A stretch of DNA of 64,000 nt from Octopus vulgaris (lineage: Eukaryota): NCBI GenBank assembly GCA_951406725.2, contig OX597832.1, forward strand, positions 16,926,001 through 16,990,000, read 5' to 3'. Below, in pieces: positions 27,778 through 43,492 of the stretch. Numbering within the stretch: position 1 is the stretch's first letter; each line of letters starts with the position of its first letter. The notes under the pieces are model-generated. The model saw only the letters and a program-made list of their open reading frames with translations. It was not told where the DNA came from and did not search any database. A program made the position numbers and the translations under genes.

Positions 27778-28338
27778 TAATATTTACATTTCAGTAATGT
27801 ACTGAAATGTAAATATGTTATGACATAATACATCTGTGATAAATGAATAAATATACACATAGACATCTGAGTGTGTATGTCTGCGCGTGTTTGCGTGTAT
27901 CTGTGTGTGGCTCTGTGTGCGTGCGTTTGTGTTTACTGGTGCACAAATTTAAATGCTTGCCTGTTATATTTTTTATTGATCGTATTAACGTTTGGAAAAA
28001 TTCTCGTAACGAAACCATATGCTATTTACTATTTAACACGTACCTATCATACATATTTTAACAAGACTCATAAATCTTGATTTCCTCTTTAAGCTAGAAA
28101 ATTCTGCTTTTCTTTCAATGATACGAGGTTTTTGTTTTTATTCTCACATTATAAAACAAAGCAAATATTTATATAAATTGTCAAAATTATTAGATTATTC
28201 TAGAATGTATTTGCTTTGTCATACACATTTCTTCATATCCCCGCTGCTCCAATATTTACACTACGTGTGATGTCTATGTTTTTGGTCTTTATTAGTCTAC
28301 TATACATACATACATCTGTCTCTTTCTCTCTTTCCCGC

Positions 28339-28379
<41 letters not shown>

Positions 28380-28444
28380 ATATATATATATGTGTGCGTG
28401 TGTTTTTGTGAGTGCTTGTGTTTGTCCGTATGTTTGTGTAGACA

Positions 28445-28501
<57 letters not shown>

Positions 28502-28689
28502 TAAGCAATTAAGGGTTTAGCAACGAATTGCCTTACCGCACACCGAAATTTAGAAATAGCAGTCAAAGAGATTATAGCTATTTCTTCTACTAAAAGGGAG
28601 ATCTCAGTAAAAGCACAGCATTTGAAAGGCAAGCACAAACAGGTAAGAGAGAATGAATTGACGGCAATCTATCATACAGTTTTAAGTCA

Positions 28690-28781
28690 CCTACGGACGT
28701 ACGTTTCGAAATCAAGTCTTAGGAAAGCATAAGAATTAGATAATTCTACCTTACCCAAACTTCTTCTCTCATCAGCGCAGG
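28690..28781 (-). ncRNA. Type I hammerhead ribozyme (canonical core)
   Basis: CCUGCG-CUGAUGA-[long stem II gaga..aagttt..agaatta/taattct..agactt..tttc]-GAAA-CGUACG-UC^-CGUAGG; stem I 6 bp. Confidence 0.85.
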
Positions 28782-29275
28782 ATACAAACAATCATGAATG
28801 ATTGTATATTGAATTTTGAGATACTAGAAGGTACCAACTCAACTCAGTATCAGAGCGAGCTAGAAGCCACAACTAGTATCACTAAATTCAAAGTGTGAAT
28901 GAAAGTTTGTGTCACCAGTCCCTTCCCACCCGCGTGTAGCCAAGACAAAGTGCTGTGGTAATTTACTGGGATGAATATGGTTATCAGTAACAATGAAGGG
29001 TGAAATTAATTAATTTGGAATAATTATCAATTACACCAAGTAGTCTTCGGCATGTAAAAGCCTCATTCGAGGAAAATTTAAGTAATACTAAGCAATTAAG
29101 GGTTTAGCAACGAATTGCCTTACCGCACACCGAATTTAGAAATAGCAGTCAAAGAGATTATAGCTATTTCTTCTACTAAAAGGGAGATCTCAGTAAAAGC
29201 ACAGCATTTGAAAGGCAAGCACAAACAGGTAAGAGAGAATGAATTGACGGCAATCTATCATACAGTGTTACGTCA

Positions 29276-29367
29276 CCTACGGACGTACGTTTCGAAATCA
29301 AGTCTTAGGAAAGCATAAGAATTAGATAATTCTACCTTACCCAAACTTCTTCTCTCATCAGCGCAGG
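29276..29367 (-). ncRNA. Type I hammerhead ribozyme, second tandem copy
   Basis: Identical to 28690-28781, offset 586 nt. Confidence 0.85.
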
Positions 29368-29625
29368 ACACAAACAATCATGAATGATTGTATATTGAAT
29401 TTTGAGATACTAGAAGGCACCAACTCAACTCAGTATCAGAGCGAGCTAGAAGCCACAACTAGTATCACTAAATTCAAAGTGTGAATGAAAGTTTGTGTCA
29501 CCAGTCCCTTCCCATATCTTGTATAAATATCTATATCTAGCTCAGTATATATCTATGTATGTATCTATCTATCTCTCTCTCTATGTATGTATATGTATAT
29601 ATATATGTGTATATGTATATATGTA

Positions 29626-29694
<69 letters not shown>

Positions 29695-29920
29695 GAAATA
29701 TTAAAATTACTAAGTCTCTCTAAAAGAGAACAACGGCAGCGTTTCCGGAAAATAATAGTTATCGTCATACTAATATGGCATTCTTATAAAAATAAGAACA
29801 AAGCTGTCCGCTTATTAGCTCCATGAGGCCATCGCCTTAAGTTAGCTATTTGATACACAAACTGTATCCATATAACCTTCGAACAAGGGAGGTCAGTCGC
29901 TCCACACTACTTGACCGGCA

Positions 29921-29962
29921 GCTACAGACGCGTTTCGGGGTATTGCCCCTTTTCAATGTAGC
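29921..29962 (-). ncRNA. Minimal type I hammerhead, U3-A8 core variant
   Basis: GCUACA-UUGAAAA-GGGG caaua CCCC-GAAA-CGCG-UC^-UGUAGC. Confidence 0.8.
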
Positions 29963-30283
29963 GTAGCCAGACCAGTAGGTGTCGCTTCTGACAATCTCTG
30001 TTCGAAGGTTTTATTTACCTAGCTTCGGTGGAATACATCCACTTGTTTTCAATAATAGAAATATTAAAATTACTAAGTCTCTCTAAAAGAGAACAACGGC
30101 AGCGTTTCCGAAAAATAATAGTTATCGCCATACTAATATGGCATTCTTATAAAAATAAGAATAAAGCTGTCCGCTTATTAGCTCCATGAGGCCATCGCCT
30201 TAAGTTAGCTATTTGATACACAAACTGTATCCATATAACCTTCGAACAAGGGAGGTCAGTCGCTCCACACTACTTGACCGGCA

Positions 30284-30325
30284 GCTACAGACGCGTTTCG
30301 GGGTATTGCCCCTTTTCAATGTAGC
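30284..30325 (-). ncRNA. Minimal hammerhead, U3-A8 variant, tandem copy 2
   Basis: Identical to 29921-29962, offset 363 nt. Confidence 0.8.
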
Positions 30326-30390
30326 GTTGCTAGGTAAATAAAACCTTCGAACAGAGATTGTCAGAAGCGACACCTACTGGTCTGGCTACG

Positions 30391-30430
30391 CTACATTGAA
30401 AAGGGGCAATACCCCGAAACGCGTCTGTAG
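30391..30430 (+). ncRNA. Minimal hammerhead, U3-A8 variant, inverted copy
   Basis: ctaca-ttgaaaa-ggggcaatacccc-gaaa-cgcg-tc-tgtag. Confidence 0.75.
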
Positions 30431-30594
30431 ATACCGGTCAAGTAGTGTGGAGCGACTGACCTCCCTTGTTCGAAGGTTATATGGATACAGTTTGTGTATC
30501 AAATAGCTAACTTAAGGCGATGGCCTCATGGAGCTAATAAGCGGACAGCTTTATTCTTATTTTTATAAGAATGGCATATTAGTATGGCGATAAC

Positions 30595-30662
<68 letters not shown>

Positions 30663-30704
30663 AGAAATAGCTATATCTCTCTCTCTATATATATATATCT
30701 ATTT

Positions 30705-30736
<32 letters not shown>

Positions 30737-30762
30737 TTATATATATATATATATATATATGT

Positions 30763-30841
<79 letters not shown>

Positions 30842-31419
30842 TTTTGTGGGTACAGGACACATGTGCGATGGGATAACTTGTTTCAATGACCCTGAGAGCT
30901 ATACTTATGAAGCCCAAGCTCCTGGTAGACCATTGCTAGCCAGGTCAAATAGTAGACGCATGTCTAGTATGAAATACCTATTCTTAGGGATATAATGTGC
31001 TTGCTTATGTCCAACAAATCTAAATAGAAACCAGCATTGTCACAGAAACTTCGATGAAACTTTAACATCAACAAGAGCAAAGGACCGAATGTTGTAAATA
31101 AGAGATCAGTCTGGGAGACGACGGAAAAAAAGCTGTTGATCGCCAATGTTGCATATTGTACGAAGGGCTTAACTAATTAATAAGACATGAAAAAAATTCA
31201 AATGAACTGATTGAGGTCTTTGTCGGAAAGGTTTGAATTATTTACAATATCGAACAGAAAGAATAGTGCAAAATTGCCGTTGAGAGTAGGAAATCTAACG
31301 CTTCGTCCAATATTCTCCTTTAAAGAAAAGTTGGTAAGTGCTTAATTAATAAAATACATAAGCGTTATACAAGCACGATGAGGGGAAAATGGCTGCGAAT
31401 AGAGGGATGTTAGACAATA

Positions 31420-31800
31420 GGAGCTGAAGTGGCTGTGTGGTGAGTAGCTTGCTTACCAACAACGTGGTTCCGAGTTCAGTCCCACTTCGTCGCACCTTAG
31501 GTAAGTGTCTTATACTCTAACCTCGGGCCGACCAAAGCATTCTGAGTGGATTTGGTAGACGGAAACGGAAATAAGCCCTTCGTATATAAATATTTATATA
31601 TATGTGTGTGTGTGTTTTTGTCTGTGTTTGTCCCCCACCATCGCTTGACAACCGATGCTGGTGTGTTTACGTCCCAGTAATTTAGCGGTTCGGCAAAAGG
31701 CATCGGTAGAATAAGTACTAAGCTTACTGGGGTCGATTTGTACGACTAAACACGGTGGTCAAGCATGTCCGCAGTCAAATGACGGAAACAAGTAAAATAA
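31420..31800 (+). mobile_element. Bipartite SINE family B
   Basis: gtggctgtgtggtgagtagcttgcttaccaac...gagttcagtccc, short TA/TG linker, tail ending gaaacaagtaaaa. Confidence 0.85.
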
Positions 31801-32546
31801 TAAAATAATAAAAAATATGAAAGACGTTTTCCGAAACGTAAGATTTTCCACCGAAACTCTCCTTCCATTTCACAGAACACTTTCCGCTAATTTTGCACGT
31901 CTTCCGGTGCAGGACCTCGACTGATCTTGAGAATCTGTTGTATATATTTATGCCTCTGTGTGTCTATGTGTACACATTTTTGTGTTTGTATATGTGTGAA
32001 TGCCTGCTTGTGTGCATGCGTATGTTAGCGTGTGTACATTAATGCATGTGTGTGCTTGTGCGTAAGAATATATGCTTGTGTGTATAGATGCGTGTTTAAG
32101 AAATCATTCACACACCCTTCTGATTTTTGTCCCAGTCTGCATCGCCATCATCATATCTGGCTTATTGTATAGCCTCGATTTAGCAAGATCTCGTGCATAG
32201 ACTACAGTGTGAGTTGGAAAGTTTGCAGAATCTCAGTAAAATACGAGCAATAATATCGAATGAAGAACAAACATAAAGAAAAAGAAAATGATTATACTAA
32301 AATATGACAATATTTGTTTCAGCGAAAGATTTCACAAGAGGAATCTTACAAAACGAATTCCTAAACGTTTGTATATATATATTTGTATATATGTATGTGT
32401 GTTTATCCCACACCATTGCTTGACAATTGATATTGGTGTGTTTACGTCCCTGTAAATTAAGCATGGAGCGTGTGTGTGTATATATATTGATAGATAGATA
32501 AAACAAACATGAGAGGATGCGTTGCGTTCAATCATATAATAATATA

Positions 32547-32581
<35 letters not shown>

Positions 32582-32618
32582 AAAAAGGAGATGTGGAACA
32601 CGAGTTGTGATATATAAA

Positions 32619-33008
<390 letters not shown>

Positions 33009-33058
33009 TATATATAGATGCATATACACATACGTATATGTATATACTTACATCTATA

Positions 33059-33235
33059 CGATGAATGTTCGAAATACGAGAATAGAAAAACAGCCAACAA
33101 CTGATGAATGGCCGTTCTTTATGTTGTTTGTTTTCTGTTCCATTTGCGTATTTCGTTGTTCGAAAGAATAGTTCATGTTCCATCTACTCGTGGTTCATAG
33201 TTTTTTGTTGTACACGTTTCGTGAAGTCCTGTGCA
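33059..33235 (+). mobile_element. Dispersed repeat family X (copy 2, 5'-truncated)
   Basis: aatgttcGAAAt...acagccaacaaCTGATGAatggccgttct...gtcctgtgc aligns with the reverse complement of 21701-21856. Confidence 0.65.
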
Positions 33236-33540
33236 TACATACATACATATATATATATATATGTATGTATGTATGTATGTATGGATGGATGTATGTATGT
33301 ATGTATGCACAGGACTCACACATATACAAACACAAACATGTGTTCACATAGACACAGAGTGGCATAAATACATACATATATATATATATGTATGTATATG
33401 TCTGTGTGTGTATGTAAGTATGCATTTATGTATGCATATATGTAAGTATAGGTGTAAGTTAGTACATATACGTATGTATATATGCTTATATAGATATATG
33501 CAGGAAATTTTAACACAGTTTCCTTTTTTTTTTCTTTTTG

Positions 33541-33602
<62 letters not shown>

Positions 33603-33614
33603 GCCTATCTGTCT

Positions 33615-33812
33615 TTTCCGCTCTATCGCTTGACAACCGGTGTTGGTGTGTTTGCGTCCATGTAAATTAGCTATTCGTCAAAAGAAAGGGATAGAAGAAG
33701 TACTTGGCTTACAAAGAATAAATTCCGGCCCCATATTTACGACTAAAGGTGGTGCTCCAGCATGGCCGCACTCGAATGACTGAAACAAATAAAAGCATTA
33801 AAAGAATAAAAG
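33615..33812 (+). mobile_element. SINE family B tail
   Basis: atcgcttgacaaccggtgttggtgtgttt...ggtgctccagcatggccgcactcgaatgactgaaacaa. Confidence 0.75.
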
Positions 33813-33817
33813 AACAA

Positions 33818-33890
<73 letters not shown>

Positions 33891-33902
33891 GTGTATGTAT
33901 GA

Positions 33903-33971
<69 letters not shown>

Positions 33972-34464
33972 ATATATGTTATGTGTGCATTTATGTTCAC
34001 AGAAACTTTACACTCCTGAAACATTACGATGTGGCGTTGTTAAATCCCGTGAAACTTGACAAATAGGACCTCATAAAATATTGATTTTATGTATGTGATT
34101 GACTAAATCCCTGAAGCTTTATATTGCAGCATGGCAGTAGTTCAAAGACGGATACTAACAAACCAATAAAATGAATAAATGTATGTAGAAATGTTTGTTG
34201 TTATTGTGCGCAATCTATTATTTAAAACGTCCACTCAAATTTCATCAACGTCTGAAATAAAAATATTTTTATTCCTTAGGTGTGTATACTATTGTTTTTT
34301 TAGATTTATTTTTTGTCTCTTTTGGGTTATATTCTATAGTTGTTTGATGTCTATTCAGCTCTCCTTGTTTATATGCAAGAATGATATTTTGAACAACAGT
34401 TTCAAATCTCAAACAAATCTATGGCAGGGCTCAAAACTGTCCCACCGGATGTATTATACTATTT

Positions 34465-35127
34465 ATTTATTGTCCACACGGGGGCTAAACATAGAGGGCA
34501 CGAACAAGGGCAGACAAACGGATTATGTCGATTCTATCGACCCCAGTGCGTAACTGGTACTTAATTTATCGACCCCGAAAGGATGAAAGGCAAAGTCGAC
34601 CACGCCGGAATTTGAACTCAGAACGTAACGGCAGACGAAATACGGCTACACATTTCGCCCACCGTGCTAACGTTTCTTATTTCTCTTTTGCACACAAGGG
34701 CCTAAACATAGAGGGGACAAACAAGGACAGACAAATGGATTTAAGTTGACTACATCGATCCCAGTGCAAAACTGGTACTTAATTTATCGAACCCGAAAGG
34801 ATGAAAGGCAAAGTCGACATCGCCGGATTTTGAACTCAGAACGTAACGGCAGACGAAATACGGCTACACATTTCGCCCGGCATGCTAACGTTTCTGCCAG
34901 TACGCCGCCCTACAGTTTCTTACTATTTCGTTTCTCTCAGGAAATGAACTGACAAAATTGTTAGCACGCCAGGCTAAACACTGAGCGGCATTTCGCCTGT
35001 CTGCGTTCAAATTCCGCCGAGGTCGACTGTGTCTTTCCTCCTTTCGGGGTTGATAAAATAAGTGCCAGCTGAGCAATGGGTTGCTGTAATCGACTTACTT
35101 GCACTGGTGCCAAAATTTAAAACCAAT
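34465..35127. mobile_element. SINE family A cluster: tandem pair on minus (34465-34676, 34685-34910) and a head-to-head plus copy (34945-35127)
   Basis: ccgaaaggatgaaaggcaaagtcgac occurs twice; ccgccgaggtcgactgtgtctttcctcctttcgggg on plus. Confidence 0.8.
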
Positions 35128-35337
35128 ATTTCTATATATCTATCTATCTACCTATCTATCTATATATTCATCTATATATCTATTTATCCTCATCTTTCTA
35201 CACATATATGTTTTGTCTATACTACGAAAACATTTCTACACACACATATATGTATTCATGTCTACATAAAACATATACCTTTACATATTTACACATACAC
35301 ACACACACGAGCACACACACTCAAACACACACACACA

Positions 35338-35433
<96 letters not shown>

Positions 35434-35531
35434 CAGACAGTGTTACGTGTGGTGTACAGAATTGAATATTGAGAGAAAAAAGTCGTCAGAATTTTAGAAA
35501 AAAATCTTTTTATTTCTTCATTATTATGTTA

Positions 35532-35580
<49 letters not shown>

Positions 35581-36179
35581 TACATATATGTATACGTATC
35601 AGCGTGCGTATTTTTATATATGTAGGTATGACGCATGTTTGTGTCCATGGGCCTTTTAGAGCACGTCTATGTGTATACATGTGTGTGTATCTGTGTGTAT
35701 GTGTGTGTGTGTGTGTGACCGTGCGCCTTTTTCAGAGAAACAGAACTTTCGGTCGAAGAGAAATTCCAATGAAAGGAAAAATGAAACCTTAACAAAACCA
35801 TTGAAATATTCGCAAGTTTGTGTATATCTAAGTATTGTTATGTAAATGTAACACACTTCAATCTCCACATGATACATAAACACATAAGAACGTTGGTTAA
35901 GTAAAACCGTCAGTGGAGTGACTCAGTAGCTGAAAACTTTAAAAAAAGACTGGCATTTAGTTTGACAGTTCCCGTGACATTGATCACCCAAACTGATGAG
36001 ATAAGTAGATTCTAATCTGATAATCTCGTAAATGATGTCCGACATATTAGCACTAAACTTTTCTCGTGGCTGTCAATTATTTCATATATCTATATGTCTA
36101 GTAACTTTCCAGTCTTTCAAGATATATCCGTACACTTATCTATTTATCTGGTTTGGCTCTAAATTTTCTCCTCCTTTTA

Positions 36180-38325
<2,146 letters not shown>

Positions 38326-38369
38326 AAATTCAGCTCGCAATGATCACTTTATAATAGAGTCCATATATT

Positions 38370-38821
38370 TTATTCTACTCTAGGGACAAGGTCCGAAATT
38401 TTGGGGGAGGGAACCAGTCGGTTAAGTCGACCCCAGTACGCAACTGTTACTTAATTTATCGAACCCGGGAGAATGAAAAGGAAAGTCGACCTCGGCAGAA
38501 TATGAACTCAGAACGTAAACATAGACGAAATAACGCTAAGCATTTCGATCGGCGTGCTAAAGATTCTAACATTTTTCAACCTAGTCGCCTTACACTACAC
38601 AATATATTCTTTTCTGCTCTAGGCACACGGCCCGAAATTTTATGGGAGGGTGCCAGTCGATTAGATCGACCCCAGTACGCAACTGGTACATTATTTATCG
38701 ACCATGAAATGATGAAAGACAAAGTCGACCTCGGTGGAACTGTAACTCAAAACGCAATGACAGACGAAAGACCGCTAAGCATTAGCCTGGTGTGCTAACG
38801 TTTCTGCCAGCTCACCACCTT
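38370..38821 (-). mobile_element. Tandem pair of SINE family A
   Basis: tcgaccccagtacgcaactg...aaagtcgacctcgg occurs twice (38370-38570, 38608-38821). Confidence 0.8.
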
Positions 38822-40671
38822 ACAATAAGCAACATATTAAATGTCCACTTGCATTAACCATGACATTTGACAACCCTGGTTACATGTCTCTTTCCTCGAT
38901 CTTTTTAATTGATTCAATTTATGCATATATTGTTTTTGATTGGTGATTCCAGAATATTCCACCAATGATTTTTTTTTTCAGAATACGCAATTAAAATAAC
39001 CATCCTTTAGTTTCGTAGCCACTTTCATTAAACACGATCGTAGTAATAATTTATTAATAGTCAAACTTGCTTTTCTTTTTTCTATTTTACTTGCGTTTCC
39101 TACGCAATTGGTGATTTATTTGAAATCGCATCACTCATTGAATGTGCATCTTGCATCAATCCTTTCCTGGCTTTATTTTCACAGGAGATGAAATCACTCT
39201 CAGGAAAGACTATTTCCTCTTCACAGATGCACATTTCCATGAGCTCTTAATCTCCCTAACTATTTTTAATCACTTTATTACAAGTTTCGCCAGTCACCCT
39301 CGGGTGGGATCTGGAAAAATCACAAGCGATAGGGTGGTAGCAGTATTTGAAATGTGAGAAGCAGTGTCATCCGCTTTAAGCTGTCGTTGTCCTTTTTTGG
39401 TTAATTTTTAATTTAAATATCATTTCTTCTCTTCCTCTTCTGGCGTCGGTTGTGGAGTGAGTCTTGCGGTTTTCTGTTTTATTTCGGCTTATGAGAAGGA
39501 AACTTACTCCACCACTGGACCCGCTTTCTGAATAGCAGTCTCCTGAAGTTTACTGCATTGATTCTTGCTTTCTAACATTTGCGTGTTGAGGGCACAAAAT
39601 CATACAAGATGTATTTACAGCCCTCAATGATAATGCTTTTAGGTTTACCTAACTACAACCCATAGGTGGCACGTTTCTCAAATTGATTTGTATTGTGATT
39701 TTATAAAGGCGTCTATATTCGTAATGGCAGGAACCCAACCATATATCACAGAAAGTATGTTTGTCTATAGTCGATGCCATTATTGCACCACAAAACTGAA
39801 TACGAGTCCCTGACAATCGTCGTTAAATATCTCCACAAAGTTCATTGCTGGAAGGGATACACTATTTCGTTTTTCAAGTATAATATACTTCCAAATATAT
39901 TAAATGTTTGGGATAGAGCATTGGCTTTCAAACGTTTAAGATTGTTGTATAATAGCAGGGCATGAGTTTTCATTCTTTTCTATTTTTTGGACTTGAAAAA
40001 TATCGTTCTAATTCTTCAACCTCTGGTAACGAAATAGTTTGCATTTTATAAGTATTTGGGAACAGCTTGAAAGTGTTAAACATGGTTACATGAGAATCTT
40101 ATGTGGCTTTCATAAGACAGACGTTCATTATATTTCTTCTTTTTTTTTTTTGGTAGGTCTCTGTAACAGATTCTTAGAAATTATATTTTCACGTTTTCTC
40201 TATCAAATTATTCAAATCTACGATTTCCTATTTTTGAGAGTAAATATGATACAGACTCCTTCGCAGTCTGCCACATATTCACTTGGCAAAAAACAGTATA
40301 TGTGTAAATTTTATAGCTGTTAATGCAGTTCCTGTTGTTGTTGTTGATATAATCTCTTATGTGACGCTTTTACCTTCGTTGTCTACAATGTGTAAATATA
40401 AATATCAAATTTTAAGACCTAGAAAAAAAAGGAATTACTATACTCAAGATTATTCATTCAGGTAGAGAAAGTGAAATAAATAGAATGATTTCAATAACAT
40501 GCACTTGTCGTCATACTTATGTACAGGGGAGACGTGAGAATTAATTGAATAGAATGTTCTAGTGTTAAAAATATGATTTTTTTTTTGTTCCATTTAAGCT
40601 AAGATCCAGAGATTGCGTGGTAGGAAATAACAACAACAACAATAGAGTAAAGAATCAACGGCAAAAGAATC

Positions 40672-41510
40672 TACGCTAAAATAATCAACCATCTCTTGTA
40701 CATGGATGATCTAAAATTGTATGCTGAAAATAATAACCAACTGGAAATAGTACTCCGCACACTGAATGAATTTACCAAAGAAATAAATACGAAATTCAGC
40801 TTACAAAAAATATGCCAAACGACCTTGAAAAGGGAAACGCTGCTTAAGATTAATAGTTTCACACTAGATAAAGAAAATTAAATAAGAGAATGAGGCCGAA
40901 TCCTGACATACAAACACTTAGCAATCAATGAACTAGATACGGTACAGCACACACAAATGAAGGAGATGTTAAAGAAGGAATACTATAAAGGAGTTCGTTT
41001 TGTACATAAAGCATTACTCAATGCCAAAACCAACATATTCGATATCAATACTCTAGCTGTCACTGCTACAATTACAATACTCTTAATTGGACTATAAATG
41101 AACTAACACAACTAGACAGGAAAACAATAAAAATATTGACGGAATTTCGAATACACCACAAAATATCTGACATAGCAAGGTTATATACACACTGAACATA
41201 AGGTGATTAAGGCCTTAAAAAACTAGGAAACTGCTATAACATAACAACCAATGGATTACAGAAATATCTAACTCATAACCAAGTAAAACTGATACAAATA
41301 CCTACAAAAGTGGAAAAATTGCTCTCTGTCTTTAAGGAAGCCAAAAAATACAAGAACGAAGTCATATTGCTGGCAACTATTAAGAAAAAAGCAAAGAATG
41401 AAAGTTGTAAAGCAACTGAGATCCAAATTTAAACTGGAGGAACATAATATGATAATACGATAGTAAGAAAACGCCTTACATGGCAAATACTGGGATAAGT
41501 TAAACAGAAA
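40672..41510 (+). pseudogene. Decayed R4/Dong-clade reverse transcriptase and thumb region
   Basis: INHLLYMDDLKLYAEN (YxDD motif), then KKEYYKGVR, LDRKTIKILT, DIARLY and ALHGKYW across frameshifts. Confidence 0.8.
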
Positions 41511-41553
41511 AAATCCCAATACCTAGAAATTGTCCCTAAGGTATTTTTCAAAT

Positions 41554-41648
41554 TTATTATTATTATTATTATTCAGGTTACTGCTTGGAATCGAACTCGG
41601 AATCTTGGGGTTAGTAGCCCGCGCTCTTAACTTCTACGCCATATGCCC
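41554..41648 (-). mobile_element. Short tRNA-like SINE with (AAT)n tail
   Basis: Minus strand gggcatatggcgtagaagttaagagcgcgggctactaaccccaagattccgagttcgattccaagcagtaacctg(aat)n. A and B boxes present; the acceptor stem does not pair. Confidence 0.7.
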
Positions 41649-42619
41649 GTAAGCATAGTGTTGACTATATGAGGACCTTATAAACACACAGGTTTTCTGA
41701 CTGAATGTATTTCTAAAGAAAGGACTGAAGAATAATTTTGATGAGATTTTTGAAAGTGTGGGGTGTCTAAAGAGATTAAGGAAGCAAATGCGCTTTTTAT
41801 AACAGTTCAATGAAATAGCATGGGTAAACATTGACGCTCTTCCAGTTTGAAACCAACAATTCGAAAGAAGATGTTTGCAGAAACCGTTTATTAAAAGGAA
41901 CGTACATTATCACACGATGTTATGTCAATGGCTGAAGAATGAATCTTAACTCATGAAGGGCTTCACTGAACCATGGGGTATTAAGCAATCAGAACACAAA
42001 TATATCAGGCACACCATAGACATGGAAAATGCCAGAGGGGAATGTCTAAAGTGAGGTGAAAGAGACGATGGTGCATGTAGCCTGATTATAAAATCCTTGC
42101 CCAGATAGTCGATGCTACTTGGAGATATGACAAGTTACTACGATCATACGTTGACTGTTCTGTTATAAATACCTTGGATATGTGGAGGAAATATATGATC
42201 CTAAAAGCAGAGCATGTCCTTGAAAATGAATAAGTATAGGTACAATGAAAACATCTGACGGTCAATCTAATAAAATATCCATCGGCACATATTGTCATAT
42301 CAATAAAGGAGAATCAATATATTGCTTAATCGATGTTGTTTATCATTTGATTCACGAATTGTAACGGAAAATACCAGCAACTAATATACGAAATTGAATT
42401 GACGTAAAGTTATCATTATTCCGATTGAATAGTAGTTGAGATGTTTGCATGTTTGGTTTCGGATTTTGGATATCCGAAATAAATGATTTTATATAAGCTG
42501 TGACACAGTGAGGAATAAAAGAAAGGGTCTAAACAAGAAATGTTCCGCGATGCAGTTTCGTATCAAGAAATCAAATACCGACAGAATAGCAAAGAATATC
42601 TGAGGAAACGATAATAATA

Positions 42620-43145
42620 ATAAGAAGAAGAAAAAGAAGGAGGAGTAGAAGAAGAAGAAGAAGAAGAAGAAGAAGAAGAAGAAGAAGAAGAAGGACAAGA
42701 ACAAGAACTACAAGAAGAACAAGAACAAGAAGAACAAGAATAAAATGAACAAGAGGAAGAGGAAGAAGAAAAAGAGGAAGAAGAAGAAGAACAACAACAA
42801 CCAACAAGAGGAAAAGGAAGAAGCAAAAGAAAAAGAAAAAGAAGAAAAAGATAGAAGAAGAAGGAAAAGAAGAAGAAGAAGAAGAAGAAGAAGAAGATGA
42901 AGAAGAAGGAAAAGAAGAAGGAGAAGAAGAAGAAGAAGATGAAGAAGAAGAAGTGGAAGAAGAAGAAGATGAAGAAGAAGAAGTGGAAGAAGAAGAAGAT
43001 GAAGAAGAAGAAGTGGAAGAAGAAGAAGATGAAGAAGAAGAAGATGAAGAAGAAGAAGATGAAGAAGAAGAAGATGAAGAAGAAGAAGATGAAGAAGAAG
43101 AAGATGAAGAAGAAGAAGAAGAAGAAGAAGAAGAAGAAGAAGAAG

Positions 43146-43177
<32 letters not shown>

Positions 43178-43200
43178 GAGGAAGAATGATAAGAAGAAGA
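42620..43200. repeat. (GAA)n array with 15- and 30-bp higher-order units
   Basis: (gaagaagaagatgaagaagaagaagtggaa)x3, then (gaa)4gat repeats. Confidence 0.9.
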
Positions 43201-43342
43201 TATATTGATAATATGTAATAACAGAATATCACTGAAATATTGAGGTTTTCGTATATCACATTCTTTTCGTATGTTAAGAATCAAACATTAAGTTACGAAA
43301 ACAACATGAGCACAGCCGCAGTTCAATATAATTATACAAACC

Positions 43343-43492
43343 ATTACGTTCTAAGTTCAAATACCACCGAGGTCGACTTTGCCTTTCATCATTTCAGAGT
43401 CGTTAAATTAAGTACCTGTTGCGTACTGAGGTCGATCTAATCGACTGACTCCGTCCCCAAGAATTTCATGTCTTGCGCCTAGAGTAGAGAAG
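43343..43492 (+). mobile_element. 5'-truncated SINE family A
   Basis: ttacgttctaagttcaaataccaccgaggtcgactttgcctttcatc. Confidence 0.75.

Larger units (their letters stand above)
28501..29514 (-). mobile_element. Tandem repeat (~587-bp unit, 1.7 copies) with hammerheads; Penelope pLTR or retrozyme-like
   Basis: 28501-28928 is nearly identical to 29088-29514, begins at a (TA)n tract, and each copy has one HHR. Confidence 0.8.
29691..30600. mobile_element. 363-bp tandem unit (1.75 copies) plus inverted partial copy (30329-30600) between (TA)n tracts; Penelope pLTR-like
   Basis: 29691-29964 recurs at 30054-30327; 30329-30600 is the reverse complement of part of the unit; three HHRs. Confidence 0.8.

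Noticed and set aside
30850-30990. Segment reminiscent of an RTE 5' UTR
   Set aside because: Similarity is from memory only and too short to support without a search.
35993-36045. CTGATGA followed by a hairpin
   Set aside because: No GAAA at the base of stem II (gtaaa), no stem I and no palindromic stem III.
39500-39990. Possible ancient LINE coding remnant
   Set aside because: No recognisable motif could be read in any frame.
41572-41648. Possible functional tRNA gene
   Set aside because: The acceptor stem does not pair and an (AAT)n tail follows, so a SINE fits better.
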